Notes under the pieces: generated by a model
The model's database searches: none
What the model was told of the DNA's origin: nothing
What the model saw: only the letters and a program-made list of their open reading frames with translations
Shown here: positions 46,629-56,605 of the stretch, in pieces
Numbering within the stretch: the first letter of the stretch is position 1
Layout of the letters: each line of letters opens with the position of its first letter
Position numbers and translations under genes: made by a program
From: Pseudomonadota bacterium
GTDB taxonomy: Bacteria; Myxococcota; JACRCW01; JAFGSX01
Direction of reading: 5' to 3'
Assembly (NCBI GenBank): GCA_043821645.1
Contig: JBDRCO010000076.1
Coordinates: 1-64,000 of the forward strand
Length of the DNA: 64,000 nucleotides

Positions 46629-47834
46629 TCAGTCCTCGTCGCCGACCGCGCCATCCCCGTCGCTGGCGCCGAAGCCAATGACGCCCGGTCCGAACCTGTC
46701 CTTGAGCGCATCGATGGCACGCAGCACCTTCTCCCGTGGGCCTGCGTTCCGGCTGGTGGCATCGAACAGCGAGAGCTGGCGCGGCCTGTCCTCGTCGAAG
46801 CCGGTGAGACCCACGCCGATCAGGCGCACAGGTCGCCCCGCGAAGCCGCTCTCCTCGTACAGGCGCCACGCCTCGTCGAGCAGCTCGCGCTCGTCGTGGG
46901 TTGGCAGGTCACGGGTGAAGCGCCGGGTGTGGGTCTCGAAGCCAGGCAGGCGAATTTTCAGGGTCACGGTGCGGCCTTGCCTCTGCGTGCGCCGCGCCGC
47001 GCGCGCGATGCCCCCGGCCAGCCTGCGCAGGGTGTCCCGCAGCACGGCAGGGTCCGTGACGTCGTGTTGAAAGGTGCGTTCCTTGCTGATCTGCTTGCGT
47101 TCGCTGCCCACGCCGACGGTGGCAGAACCCAGACCCCGCGACTGCCGGTACAGCATCTCCCCCGGGTCCTCGCCGAAGCGCCGCTGCAGACGCTCCAGTG
47201 ACCAGCGCCGGATGTCGCCAACACTGCCCAAACCCGCATTCGCGATCGCCTGACCGAGCTTGGGTCCGACACCGCGCAACACGCGTACCGGCAGGGGATC
47301 GAGAAAAACCTCGACCTGCTCCAGAGGGACCACGGTCAGGCCGTCGGGTTTGTGGTGGTCGCTGGCGATCTTGGCGATCAATCGGTTGGGACCTATGCCC
47401 ACGGACATGCTCAGGCCGAGCTCCCGGCGCACCAGATCCTTGGCGTGGCGCCCGACCTCGACAGGAGCGCCGAGAAGCCGCTCGGTCCCGGCCAGGTCCA
47501 GGTAGGCCTCGTCGACGGAGACGGGCTCGACCAGCGGCGAGAAGTGCTCGAGCAGTTCCATCAGCCGATCGCTGGCCTCGCTGTAGCGGACGAAGTCGGG
47601 CGTCACGAACACGGCGTGGGGGCAGCGCTTGAACGCCTCGTTGATGGGCATGGCCGAGTGGATACCGAAGACCCGCGCCTCGTAGGAGCAGGTCGACACC
47701 ACGCCGCGGCCTCCAGGTTGGGCGCCGACCACCACAGGGCGCCCGCGCAGTTCGGGTCTGTCGCGCTGCTCGATGGCCGCGAAGAAGGCGTCCATGTCGA
47801 CATGCATGATGACCGTTGGTGGATCGAGGCGCAT
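46629..47834 (-). CDS. dinB: DNA polymerase IV (Y family)
   Basis: IMHVDMDAFFAAIEQRDRPEL; STCSYEAR.FGIHSAMP; SVDEAYLD; AKIASDHHKPDG. Confidence 0.96.
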   Translation of the reverse strand: MRLDPPTVIMHVDMDAFFAAIEQRDRPELRGRPVVVGAQPGGRGVVSTCSYEARVFGIHSAMPINEAFKRCPHAVFVTPDFVRYSEASDRLMELLEHFSPLVEPVSVDEAYLDLAGTERLLGAPVEVGRHAKDLVRRELGLSMSVGIGPNRLIAKIASDHHKPDGLTVVPLEQVEVFLDPLPVRVLRGVGPKLGQAIANAGLGSVGDIRRWSLERLQRRFGEDPGEMLYRQSRGLGSATVGVGSERKQISKERTFQHDVTDPAVLRDTLRRLAGGIARAARRTQRQGRTVTLKIRLPGFETHTRRFTRDLPTHDERELLDEAWRLYEESGFAGRPVRLIGVGLTGFDEDRPRQLSLFDATSRNAGPREKVLRAIDALKDRFGPGVIGFGASDGDGAVGDED

Positions 47835-47942
47835 GACTGTGCAGCCTACAGCGTCGGCGCGATGCCGTCAGCGCGGTGTATACCCCCGGACCTGGCCGCT
47901 CAGCGTCCACCGAGGTGCAGAACGGGAAGGACGGGGTCCGGA

Positions 47943-48449
47943 CTACGCGAGCCGGAGCGAGGCCACGAACGCAGGAAGGGTATGCAGGCGGAAGTGGGTG
48001 ACCGAGCGCGACACCAGCTTGCCCGTGTCGACCTCGACCACGGTGCCGAAGCAGGTGGTGTGGGTGTAGGGCAGGTTCCACGGCCAGATATTGACCTTCT
48101 CGCCCACGAAGCGGTGGCGCCGACCCTGGGCGTCGAAATCGAAGCTGTAGCGCAAGGTACGATCGGCGAAGTAGCGCAGGGCGAGGCTGCCGCGGCAGGG
48201 CGCATTCTTGCACAGGAAGTCCACGCTCACCGTGCCCTCGAGCTCGTTGACCATGAAGTCGTCCCGGAAGGGATTGAGAAAACGCGTGAGGTCGCGCGGG
48301 CCCCAGCTCGCCACGAAGTGCATGTGGTGCCGCCCCTCGGGTCCACAGCCGGGTTCGAACACATGCTCACCGCTCATGACCTCGTCCATGCGAAAACCAA
48401 CGCGACCCTCGCTCAGCATGTTGACGATGCTCTGGATGCGACCTGACAT
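47943..48449 (-). CDS. Hypothetical protein resembling the beta-rich accessory domain of some cholesterol-oxidase-associated proteins
   Basis: GFRMDEVMSG..LEGTV..LRYSFDF..FVGEK pattern; GGAGG RBS; directly downstream of the SDR gene. Confidence 0.55.
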   Translation of the reverse strand: MSGRIQSIVNMLSEGRVGFRMDEVMSGEHVFEPGCGPEGRHHMHFVASWGPRDLTRFLNPFRDDFMVNELEGTVSVDFLCKNAPCRGSLALRYFADRTLRYSFDFDAQGRRHRFVGEKVNIWPWNLPYTHTTCFGTVVEVDTGKLVSRSVTHFRLHTLPAFVASLRLA

Positions 48450-48471
48450 GGTGACCTCCGACGAAGAATTC

Positions 48472-49275
48472 TCAAGCCTGGGCCCGCTTGCCCAGAAACA
48501 GATAGCTCGCGCGCGCGATGACCTCGGGCGCCAGGGGCACGAAGTTGGCGTAGTAGCCCAGCTCGTTGAGCAGACTGACCTTCTCGACCTTCTGGCGGCG
48601 CTTGACCGCCTTGAACAAAATGCGGCCGACGCGCTCGGGGCTCATCGAGTAGTAGGGCAACAGCTTCATGCTCAGGCGCGTGCCCCAGCTTTCACCCTGC
48701 ACGTCGTTGTAAAAACCGGTGTTGACCATGAAGGGGTACACCGTCGTCACGGTGACGCCATCGCGCTTGACCTCGTAGTGCAGGATCTCGCTGAAGGTCC
48801 CCAGGGCGGCCTTGATGCAGGCGTAGGCACCCCAGGTCGGCAGCTTGAAGAAGGCCTGGCCCGACGACACGTTGACGATGTGGCCGGTGTGGCGCGCCCG
48901 CATCTGCGGCAGGTAGGCGTAGACGTGGTACAGCGGTCCCCACAGGTTGACGTCGACCAGCTTCTTCCAGGTCGCCAGGGACGTGTCGGCCAGCTCGTTG
49001 GTGTAGCCGATGCCCGCATTGTTGATCAGGATGTCGATCTCGCCGACCCGGCCCGCCACCTCCTGCACCTGCTTGGGTTTGCTCACGTCGTAGCACTCGG
49101 TCTGCACCTTGGCGCCGAGCTTGCGGAGCTGGCGTGCGGCCTTCTTGAGTGCGCCCTCGTTGAGGTCGGTAATGATCAGCTCGCACCCCGCGCGCGCGAA
49201 CTCCTCGGCCGTGCACAGGCCAATGCCGCTCGCTGCGCCGGTGATGAGGACCCTCTTTCCATCGAGCCAGGACAT
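48472..49275 (-). CDS. Short-chain dehydrogenase/reductase
   Basis: ITGAASGIG, NNAG, NVSS, YACIK (YxxxK). Confidence 0.93.
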   Translation of the reverse strand: MSWLDGKRVLITGAASGIGLCTAEEFARAGCELIITDLNEGALKKAARQLRKLGAKVQTECYDVSKPKQVQEVAGRVGEIDILINNAGIGYTNELADTSLATWKKLVDVNLWGPLYHVYAYLPQMRARHTGHIVNVSSGQAFFKLPTWGAYACIKAALGTFSEILHYEVKRDGVTVTTVYPFMVNTGFYNDVQGESWGTRLSMKLLPYYSMSPERVGRILFKAVKRRQKVEKVSLLNELGYYANFVPLAPEVIARASYLFLGKRAQA

Positions 49276-49360
49276 GCCGCCTCCCCGCGCAGAAATGGAA
49301 TTGACGCAGTGCATTATCATGAATTGCCCGGGGATGCCACCGCTGCGAGGTGGCCGGCCA

Positions 49361-50146
49361 TCAGCGGGGTCGGCCGACTGCAGGGCGGGGACCGATGCCG
49401 AACAGGTGGAACGCGTTCTCCGTCGTCACCCTGGCAATCTCCTCGACGGAGTCGCCGCGAAGCTCGGCCAGACAGCGCGCCACGGCCGCCACGTGGCAGG
49501 GTTCGGTCTGCGCGGGTGGCACGCCGTCGAGGCCTATCGAGGGCGCGTCCGTCTCCAGCAGCAGGTGGCGTGCATCCACCGCGGCTGCCGAGGCCCGGGC
49601 GCGCTCGGCCCGGGGTCTGGTCACGGCTCCTCCAAAGGCGATGTGCAGGCCCAGATCGACGAAGCGTTGGGCCAGCTGCGGGCTGCGCGAGAAGGCATGG
49701 AGGACCCCTCGCAGATGCGGTGTGTGAGAGGTGAGGAGGGTGATCAGCTCCTCGAAGGCGCCGCGGCAGTGCAGCAGCACCGGGAGGTCAAGCTCCCGGG
49801 CCAGGTCGAGCTGGGAGCGCAGTACCGAGAGCTGGCGCGCACGATCCGCGTCGGGGATGGCGAAATCCAGGCCCACCTCGCCCACAGCCACGGCCTGGCT
49901 GTCGATGAGAGCGCGGCGCAGCACGGCCAGATCGAGGTCCTCGCCGGCGACCCAGGGGTGCAGGCCAAAGGCCAGGTGCACGCCGGCGCGACCTCGGAGG
50001 TCATCGAGCAGGTCCCACGACGCCACGTCGTAGGCCGGCACGACGATCTGCCCCACACCGACGTCCCGGGCGCGGGCGAGCACGCCCTCGAGGTCCTGCC
50101 ACAGCGGCGGCAGGAACAGGTGGCAGTGTGTGTCGACGAGTTCCAT
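49361..50146 (-). CDS. TatD family hydrolase
   Basis: DTHCH, GLHP, GEVGLD, LHCR, LHAFS, LETDAP. Confidence 0.93.
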   Translation of the reverse strand: MELVDTHCHLFLPPLWQDLEGVLARARDVGVGQIVVPAYDVASWDLLDDLRGRAGVHLAFGLHPWVAGEDLDLAVLRRALIDSQAVAVGEVGLDFAIPDADRARQLSVLRSQLDLARELDLPVLLHCRGAFEELITLLTSHTPHLRGVLHAFSRSPQLAQRFVDLGLHIAFGGAVTRPRAERARASAAAVDARHLLLETDAPSIGLDGVPPAQTEPCHVAAVARCLAELRGDSVEEIARVTTENAFHLFGIGPRPAVGRPR

Positions 50147-50326
50147 TCCCTCGTCCCTCCCGGGCCGCGGACCTTGTCCTGACGGGCCAGGACCCCCGCA
50201 GAACGCACTGGCGCGGACCGTCCGGACACGCTATCTCATCCGGCGCCCCTTTCGAATCGCCTCCCACGCGTTCGATCGGCATCCACAGGAGGGCGCACCC
50301 CGGCCGGGTGCGTCAAGGAGCTTCTC

Positions 50327-50830
50327 GTGACCACAGCAGCGCGCATCGCAGACGGCACGATCGTCACCATCCACTACACCTTGACCGACGACACAGGAGA
50401 GGTTCTTGACTCGTCACGGGACTCCGAACCTCTGGACTACCTGCAGGGGGCGGGCAACATCGTGCCGGGGCTCGAGCGCAAGATGATGGGTCACGGCGTG
50501 GGCGACACGATGCAGGTGGTGGTCGCGCCCGCCGACGCCTACGGCGAGCGCGAGGAGATGGAGGCACAGAAGGTGCCACGCTCAGTGTTCCCGGCCGACG
50601 CTGAATTCGAGGAGGGCATGCCCATCGCAGCCGAGGGACCGGACGGCGAGATGACGCCGCTGTGGATCACCCACATTGACGACGAGGCCATCTACGTCGA
50701 CACCAACCACCCCCTGGCCGGGGTGACCCTGCACTTCGACGTCGAGGTGATGGCCATCCGCGCGGCCACCGCCGAGGAGATGGAGCACGGCCATCCCCAT
50801 GGCCCCGACGGGCACCACGACCACCACTGA
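50327..50830 (+). CDS. slyD: SlyD-type FKBP peptidyl-prolyl isomerase with His-rich tail
   Basis: VTIHYTL..LDSS..PLDYLQG.GNIVPGLE; AYGE; DTNHPLAG.TLHFDVEV..IRAATAEEMEHGH. Confidence 0.93.
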   Translation: MTTAARIADGTIVTIHYTLTDDTGEVLDSSRDSEPLDYLQGAGNIVPGLERKMMGHGVGDTMQVVVAPADAYGEREEMEAQKVPRSVFPADAEFEEGMPIAAEGPDGEMTPLWITHIDDEAIYVDTNHPLAGVTLHFDVEVMAIRAATAEEMEHGHPHGPDGHHDHH

Positions 50831-50955
50831 TTCTTCCCGTCCCTGGCCGCACGCACGGGTCGCGCTCGTCATGGGGACTGGGACGGCGTCGTCCGCCTTG
50901 CGCTGCGAAAAAAAGGTCCTTCGCGATGGCTCGACCGATCTGACCTGAAAGCGGT

Positions 50956-53046
50956 CTAGCGCGCCTGTTGGATCTCTGCGATCCACAGCTGTCCGTCGAC
51001 GACGAAGGCGAGCGTCCGTCCGTCCGCCGACAGCGACGGGAACTGCTCGATCAGGCCCGGCGTGCGCGTGAGGTTCTCGGTGCGGTAGCGCGGATGGCGC
51101 AGATCGGTGCGGTGAAGATCGCTCCCGGTGAGCCGCTGTCCATCGTCCTCGCTGCGATCGAACACCAGCCATCGCCCATCCTGGCTGAAGCGGGCGTGGC
51201 TGCCCTGGCCCAGGGACACGCGGTACCCGTCGGCGATGCGCAGCACGAACAGCCCGGTCGAGATACCGCTGTACACGAGGTGCTGACCGTCGGGAGACAG
51301 CAGCGGTGCGAAGTACTTGTCATCGTCCGCTGCCACCAGGATCTCGTGCTTGTCCTCGAACAGCCACACGCTGTCCTCACGCGCCACGGCCTGCCTCGTC
51401 GGGTGGAGGGTGAGGGGCCCGCGGAATCGCCCCTGCGGGCTGACCAGCTCCAGGGGTTCTGCCGCGTGCGGTCTGTCCGCCAGCCGCAGCGCGATCGCCG
51501 AACCGTCCGCCGTCCACTCGGGGTGGTAACCCGCGCGTTCGCGCGTGCTCACCGTGGTCACCGTCCCGGCGGAGGTGTCGACGAGATAGAGACCGCGAAG
51601 GTTGTCCGTGGTGAAGGCGATCTGATCGCCGCGTGGCGAAAGCACCGGCGCGGTGACCTCGCCGTCGAGGATGAGCCGCGGGTGCACCAGCCTCGCGGAG
51701 GGCAGTCCGCTCGCAGCCTTGTCCACCGCGAAGGAGGGCGAGGCCAGGGCGACCACGGACACGGCAGCAAGCAACGAGCTGACGCGGCGCCGACGGGTGG
51801 TCCTTTGCAGAAGACCCAGGGCCAGCACTGAGAGCACCAGCCAGGTGGAACCCCCAGGCGCCGTCAGGTTGCTGCAACCCATGCCTTGCCCCAGCGCGAT
51901 CACCTCGGGTCCCTCGCTGTGCTCCTCCTCTCGCGGCCCTGAGAAAGGCACCATGCTGGGATCTGGCCAGAGCGTCGCGGCGAGGTCCTGACCGCCCTCG
52001 ACATCGGGCGAGGCTCCTGCGTCCGTCTCCTCGACAGGCGGGGCCGCCGGGGTCGCGTCCGTGGACGGGCTTCCTGCATCGGTGGCAGGCGGCGGTGAGC
52101 CGGGAAGGGGCGGTGTGGCTGGCGGTGGATCGGCGACGAGGCCCAGCGAGCACCACTCGGTGGCACCCGCTGCCACGGTACACGTGCGCTCGGCAGTCTG
52201 GTAGCCGCTCTTGCTGGCGCGCACGTGGTAGGTCGCAGGCGCGAGGGCAAAGCTCCACGCGGCATCGGTCGCCGAGGCTGCAACCTGGGCACTGGTCTCG
52301 GTGATGGTCACACTGGCGCCGGGCAGGCGCTCGCTCATGTCGGCCGTGCCGCTGCCGTGGTCGACGAAAACCACGCCCTTGGCATCGCCGGTGCTGGGAG
52401 CTGGCGGGGGAGAGGCGGGGGGCGGCGCGCTGGGCGTGCTCACGGACAGCCCGAGGTGGCGCTGAATGGCGTGCAGGTGGGCCTCGGCGGCGCGCTGGCG
52501 CTGGGCCGGGCTCCCCAGGTAGGTGGCGTCGGCGGAGCAGTTGACGATGAAGCCAAGCTCGCTCAGGGTCGCGGGCATGCTGGTGGCGGTGAGCACCGTG
52601 AAGTTGGCGGTCTTGCCGCCGCGATTGGCCAGGGGCCAGGTCGCCACCATCTCGCTCTGGATCTTGTTGCGCATATCAAACGAGTTGCTGGATCCATTGG
52701 TGGCGCAGAAGGTCTCGATGCCTGTGGCTGACGACGATGACGCCGAGTTGCTGTGAATGCTGACGAAGCGGTTGGCCGCGCGGGCGTTGGCGTATTCGGC
52801 GCGCGCGCTCAGGCCCACGGACACATCGGTCTCGCGGGTCATGATGACGCTGAGACCTGCACCCTGCAGCAGGGTGCGCAGCCTGAGCTGGGTGTCGAGG
52901 TTGATGCTGGCCTCGCGCAGGTTGCATCCCAGGGCTCCGGGGTCGCTGCCGCCGTGACCGGGGTCGAGGCAGATCTTGGTGGCATGCGCCGGTCGCGCCA
53001 GCCCGCTGAGGATCGCGATGGTGATCAGGGTCGGGAGCTTGGGCAC
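50956..53046 (-). CDS. N-acetylmuramoyl-L-alanine amidase (Amidase_3) plus CarboxypepD_reg-like domain, internal MYXO-CTERM-like segment and TolB-like propeller
   Basis: AGGAG then GTG; signal AHA; LDPGHGG.DPGA..E; SIHSNS; LSELGF; GCS..WLVLSVLALGLL..RRRR; PD40-like repeats PVLSPRG, PEWTADG, PLLSPDG, FSQDG, PSLSADG. Confidence 0.88.
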   Translation of the reverse strand: MPKLPTLITIAILSGLARPAHATKICLDPGHGGSDPGALGCNLREASINLDTQLRLRTLLQGAGLSVIMTRETDVSVGLSARAEYANARAANRFVSIHSNSASSSSATGIETFCATNGSSNSFDMRNKIQSEMVATWPLANRGGKTANFTVLTATSMPATLSELGFIVNCSADATYLGSPAQRQRAAEAHLHAIQRHLGLSVSTPSAPPPASPPPAPSTGDAKGVVFVDHGSGTADMSERLPGASVTITETSAQVAASATDAAWSFALAPATYHVRASKSGYQTAERTCTVAAGATEWCSLGLVADPPPATPPLPGSPPPATDAGSPSTDATPAAPPVEETDAGASPDVEGGQDLAATLWPDPSMVPFSGPREEEHSEGPEVIALGQGMGCSNLTAPGGSTWLVLSVLALGLLQRTTRRRRVSSLLAAVSVVALASPSFAVDKAASGLPSARLVHPRLILDGEVTAPVLSPRGDQIAFTTDNLRGLYLVDTSAGTVTTVSTRERAGYHPEWTADGSAIALRLADRPHAAEPLELVSPQGRFRGPLTLHPTRQAVAREDSVWLFEDKHEILVAADDDKYFAPLLSPDGQHLVYSGISTGLFVLRIADGYRVSLGQGSHARFSQDGRWLVFDRSEDDGQRLTGSDLHRTDLRHPRYRTENLTRTPGLIEQFPSLSADGRTLAFVVDGQLWIAEIQQAR

Positions 53047-53243
53047 GTGGCTATCTCCTGTGTGAGACGGGCTCGGTGGTCCCAGGATTCGCGCGCTGTG
53101 GCAGGCCTCACAGCCTCTCTCCTCGTACCGCATAAAAAGGGATCGCAAGTCGGACAGGAGGAGGATGCGCAGGCCGCGGAGTCGACAGATCCCTATTGTG
53201 CACCGCGTCACAGACCTGGATTGTGAGCGGACGAGCTTCCGGC

Positions 53244-53310
53244 GCAAAGTAAAATAAACAGTAAATACAATTAGTTAAAATACGTGACACGGGTCACGAT
53301 AAGATATCTT
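53244..53310. promoter_or_regulatory. AT-rich divergent promoter region with CGTGA-N6-TCACG palindrome (CRP/FNR-like) at 53283-53298
   Basis: AAAGTAAAATAAACAGTAAATACAATTAGTTAAAATA followed by CGTGACacggGTCACG, between divergent genes. Confidence 0.5.
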
Positions 53311-53399
53311 GCCAGATGTGGCCAAATATCCTACACGGCGCCTACACTCAGCCAGAACCACAACCCGGCGCCCTCATGCGGCGCCCGGAGGCGGGCATC

Positions 53400-56300
53400 A
53401 TGCGAGCGCGAGCGGGGAGCGAGAGGCGATCCGGATTCACCACACTGCTGATCCTAGGGCTGCTGTCAGCCTGCGGGCCCATGACGGACCTGGAGCAGGC
53501 CGCAGAGCACAGCGCACCTTTCATGGAGCGCATCGACGCGCGTAACGACCCCAGCCGGGTGCTGCTCAGCCTCGACCTGGTCAGCGTGTTCGGGGACGCG
53601 GCGCTGCCCAGCGAAGGCGTCGCCGTGAAGATCCCGTACCCGGCCAACTGGTGGGCCCTGCGCAACGACGGCATCAACCGCCGCTGGGACGGCAACAACT
53701 TCTCACCCGCCGAGAAGTACGACCTGGCCTTCAGGGGCTGGTCGCCAGCCGCGGACTTCGCCAGCCTGCGCCCCTTCAGGGCCCCCGGGCAGAGCTACGA
53801 CGAGGCCTACTACGCCCAGCTCGGACCCGCGGGCAGCGCCGAGGCGCGCTACAGCGGCAACTGGCGCGCGCGCAACGGCGTCGACGACGACGGCGATGGC
53901 GAGATCGACGAGGCCGCCGACTGGGACGGCCTCGAGGGCTGGTGGGGCCACTGCAACGGCTGGGCGGCCGCGGCCATCATGGTGAACGAGCCCCTGCACC
54001 CCGTGGTCGACCGCGGCGTGCGCTTCGAGATCAGCGACATCAAGGCCCTGCTCACCGATCAGTGGTACTCGACGCCGTCGGGCTTCCTGGCCACGCGCTG
54101 CAACCGCCGCCCCCAGGACAGCGACCCGGCCCACGCCGACGACAGCAGCTACTACTGGAGCACGGACGAGAACGGGCGCGTGGTCGAGAGCGAGTGCCGC
54201 GACACCAACGCGGCGTCCCTCTACCTCGTCGCCACCAACCTGATCGGCCGCCACGGCCGGGCCTTCGTTATCGATAGCAACTTCGACTGGCAGGTGTGGA
54301 ACTGGCCCGTTTACAGCTACCGCATCCAGCAGCAGCGGCGCGTCGACAAGGCCGAGGCCATTCGTCTGCTCGGCGAGAGTGGCGATGACTACAAGTACAA
54401 CGCCGACGCCGTGGCCTTTGCCTACGTCGACATGAGCATCCAGTACGTGTCCGACGGCATCAACCCGCACAAGCAGCCCGTGGGACACAAGGTCGAGCGC
54501 TACAGCCACACGGACCGCTACACCATGGTCCTCGAACTCGACGCCAGCGACCGCATCATCGGCGGCGAGTGGGCGGGTGACAGCAAGACCAACCACCCGG
54601 ACTTCATCTGGGTGCCCTCGGCCTCGCGCCCCAATGGCAGCAACACCGGCGTGCGCTACGACGACGTCGAGAGTCTGCTCACCCGCAGCCGCTCGGGCCT
54701 GGGCGAGACCACCGCGGTCGCCGTCATTCCGCCCCGGGATGCCAACGGCGTGCAGCTCACCGTGCAGGTGCGCGACGCCGAGGCCGGCAGCAACAGGCTG
54801 CAGGTCTTCGTCGACATCGATCACAGCCAGGGTTCGCAGCTCGTGCTCGATCTCGTGGCGCCGGACGGTCGCAGCACGCGCCTGAAGCGCGGCGGCAGCT
54901 CGGTGTACGGCGGTCTGGTGGGCTGGTTCCCCTATGACCTGACGCCAGCCGAGGGCCTGGACGCCCTGGCCAGCGCCGGCAACGGGACCTGGACCCTGCG
55001 CGTGGCCAACGCCACGGGGACAGGCAGTGGCCAGGTGCGGCGCTTCTCCGTGGCCCTGTGGAGCGACGGTCAGGCGGCGGCGGACCGCGATGGCGATGGC
55101 GACCCCGACACCACGGACTGCGCGCCCGACGACGCCAGCGTGCATCACGCCGCGACCGAGCTCTGTGGCGACGGCGTGGACAACGACTGCCAGGGTGGCG
55201 ATGCGTCCTGTGACGATCATGGTGACGACTTCGCCTCGGCCACCGCGGTGACGCCGGGGCCCCGCATCGAGGCCCAGATCGAGCGCGGTGGTGACGTGGA
55301 CATGTTCACCTTCACCGCGCTCGCCGGTCGCGACTACGTGTTTCAGACCAGCCTGCTCGGGCTCAGCGACACGACCCTGACCCTGTTCGGTGAGGGCCGT
55401 ACCCAGATCGCCTTCAACGACGACGACGGCCAGAGCTACGCCTCGCGCATCGCCTGGAGCTGCGCTGCACAGCAGAAGGTCTACCTCCAGGTCGCGGCCT
55501 ACAGCGCCAGCCAGACCGGTCGTTACGGCCTGGCCATTACCGAGAGCGGTGGCACCACGCCGCCTGCAGACCGCGATGGTGACGGTGATCCTGACGCCAC
55601 GGACTGCGCGCCGGACAGCGCGGCGGTGCACCACGGCGCCACCGAGATCTGCAGCGACGGCCTGGACAATGACTGCGCGGGCGGCGATGCGGCCTGCGAC
55701 GACCACGCGAATACGCCGGCCGGGGCCACGGCCCTGGCGCCCGGACAGCAGCTCGCCGGCAGCATCGAGCGCGGCGGCGACGTGGACCTGTTCGTGGTCG
55801 CCGCCCGGGCCGGGGTCAGCTACACCGCAGCCACCGCCCTGGGCACGCTCGGCGACACCACCCTGGAAGCTCTGGCCAGCGACGGCAGCACCCGCCTCGC
55901 CTTCAACGACGACGCCGGCGGCACCTATGCCTCGCAGCTCGTGTTCAGCGTGCAGACGGACGGCCCGGTGTACCTTCGCGCCCGCGCCTACGGTGCCACC
56001 CAGATCGGCACCTACACCCTGCGCCTGAGCGCCAGCGGCGGCACACCGCCACCTCCGCCAGCCGGCGACGACCACGGCAACGACGCCGCCAGCGCCACCG
56101 CGGTGGCCAGCCCCTCGACCACGGCGGCCCGGCTCGAAGCCCAGGGCGACGTGGACGTGTTCGCGCTGCAGGTGGTGCAGGGCAGGGCGGTCACCGTGCG
56201 CACCCTCCTGGGTGACCTGCGCGACACGGTGCTGCAGCTGCGCGGCGCCGATGGCAGCACGGTGCTCGCCGAGAACGACGATGCGGATGGTGGGCTGGCC

Positions 56301-56402
56301 TCGCGCATCTTGTACACGCCGGCGGCCAGCGGCACCGTCTACGCCGTGGTGCGGGCCTACTCCAGCAGCATGACCGGGTCTTACCAGCTTCAGGTGGAGT
56401 GA
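53400..56402 (+). CDS. Transglutaminase-elicitor (GP42-like) lipoprotein with P-domain, MopE-like repeats and three PPC domains
   Basis: Lipobox LSAC; WW..DGIN.RW..SPAEKYD; WWGHCNGWAAAAI..EP; DIKALL; D.N; QVWNWPV; IIGGEW..HPDFIW; NGTWTLRV; DDHG.D..GDVD.F. Confidence 0.85.
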   Translation: MRARAGSERRSGFTTLLILGLLSACGPMTDLEQAAEHSAPFMERIDARNDPSRVLLSLDLVSVFGDAALPSEGVAVKIPYPANWWALRNDGINRRWDGNNFSPAEKYDLAFRGWSPAADFASLRPFRAPGQSYDEAYYAQLGPAGSAEARYSGNWRARNGVDDDGDGEIDEAADWDGLEGWWGHCNGWAAAAIMVNEPLHPVVDRGVRFEISDIKALLTDQWYSTPSGFLATRCNRRPQDSDPAHADDSSYYWSTDENGRVVESECRDTNAASLYLVATNLIGRHGRAFVIDSNFDWQVWNWPVYSYRIQQQRRVDKAEAIRLLGESGDDYKYNADAVAFAYVDMSIQYVSDGINPHKQPVGHKVERYSHTDRYTMVLELDASDRIIGGEWAGDSKTNHPDFIWVPSASRPNGSNTGVRYDDVESLLTRSRSGLGETTAVAVIPPRDANGVQLTVQVRDAEAGSNRLQVFVDIDHSQGSQLVLDLVAPDGRSTRLKRGGSSVYGGLVGWFPYDLTPAEGLDALASAGNGTWTLRVANATGTGSGQVRRFSVALWSDGQAAADRDGDGDPDTTDCAPDDASVHHAATELCGDGVDNDCQGGDASCDDHGDDFASATAVTPGPRIEAQIERGGDVDMFTFTALAGRDYVFQTSLLGLSDTTLTLFGEGRTQIAFNDDDGQSYASRIAWSCAAQQKVYLQVAAYSASQTGRYGLAITESGGTTPPADRDGDGDPDATDCAPDSAAVHHGATEICSDGLDNDCAGGDAACDDHANTPAGATALAPGQQLAGSIERGGDVDLFVVAARAGVSYTAATALGTLGDTTLEALASDGSTRLAFNDDAGGTYASQLVFSVQTDGPVYLRARAYGATQIGTYTLRLSASGGTPPPPPAGDDHGNDAASATAVASPSTTAARLEAQGDVDVFALQVVQGRAVTVRTLLGDLRDTVLQLRGADGSTVLAENDDADGGLASRILYTPAASGTVYAVVRAYSSSMTGSYQLQVE

Positions 56403-56605
56403 GAAGAGCCCTCCCGGGTCCTCGCTCCAGATCGATCCGCCCCGCGTCCCGTTCGATCTCCCTGCACGGGGTTTGACCTGTTTTGAATTCGCGTGGTAGG
56501 GATCTGCGCCACGTCGAAGGTGTTGTATTGATATGCACGCGTTCCGGTCGACGCCGAAATCACGGTAAACCGGACGCGCCCAACAGGACATGGGGGCATG
56601 ACGCC

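Noticed and set aside
53217-53232. TTGTGAGCGGA resembling a lac operator half-site or vector contamination
   Set aside because: Only an 11-nt match, no symmetric half and no other vector sequence
56536-56580. Hairpins in the PEGA leader (and before slyD, 50165-50315) as riboswitches
   Set aside because: No recognisable aptamer consensus; GC-rich DNA folds readily
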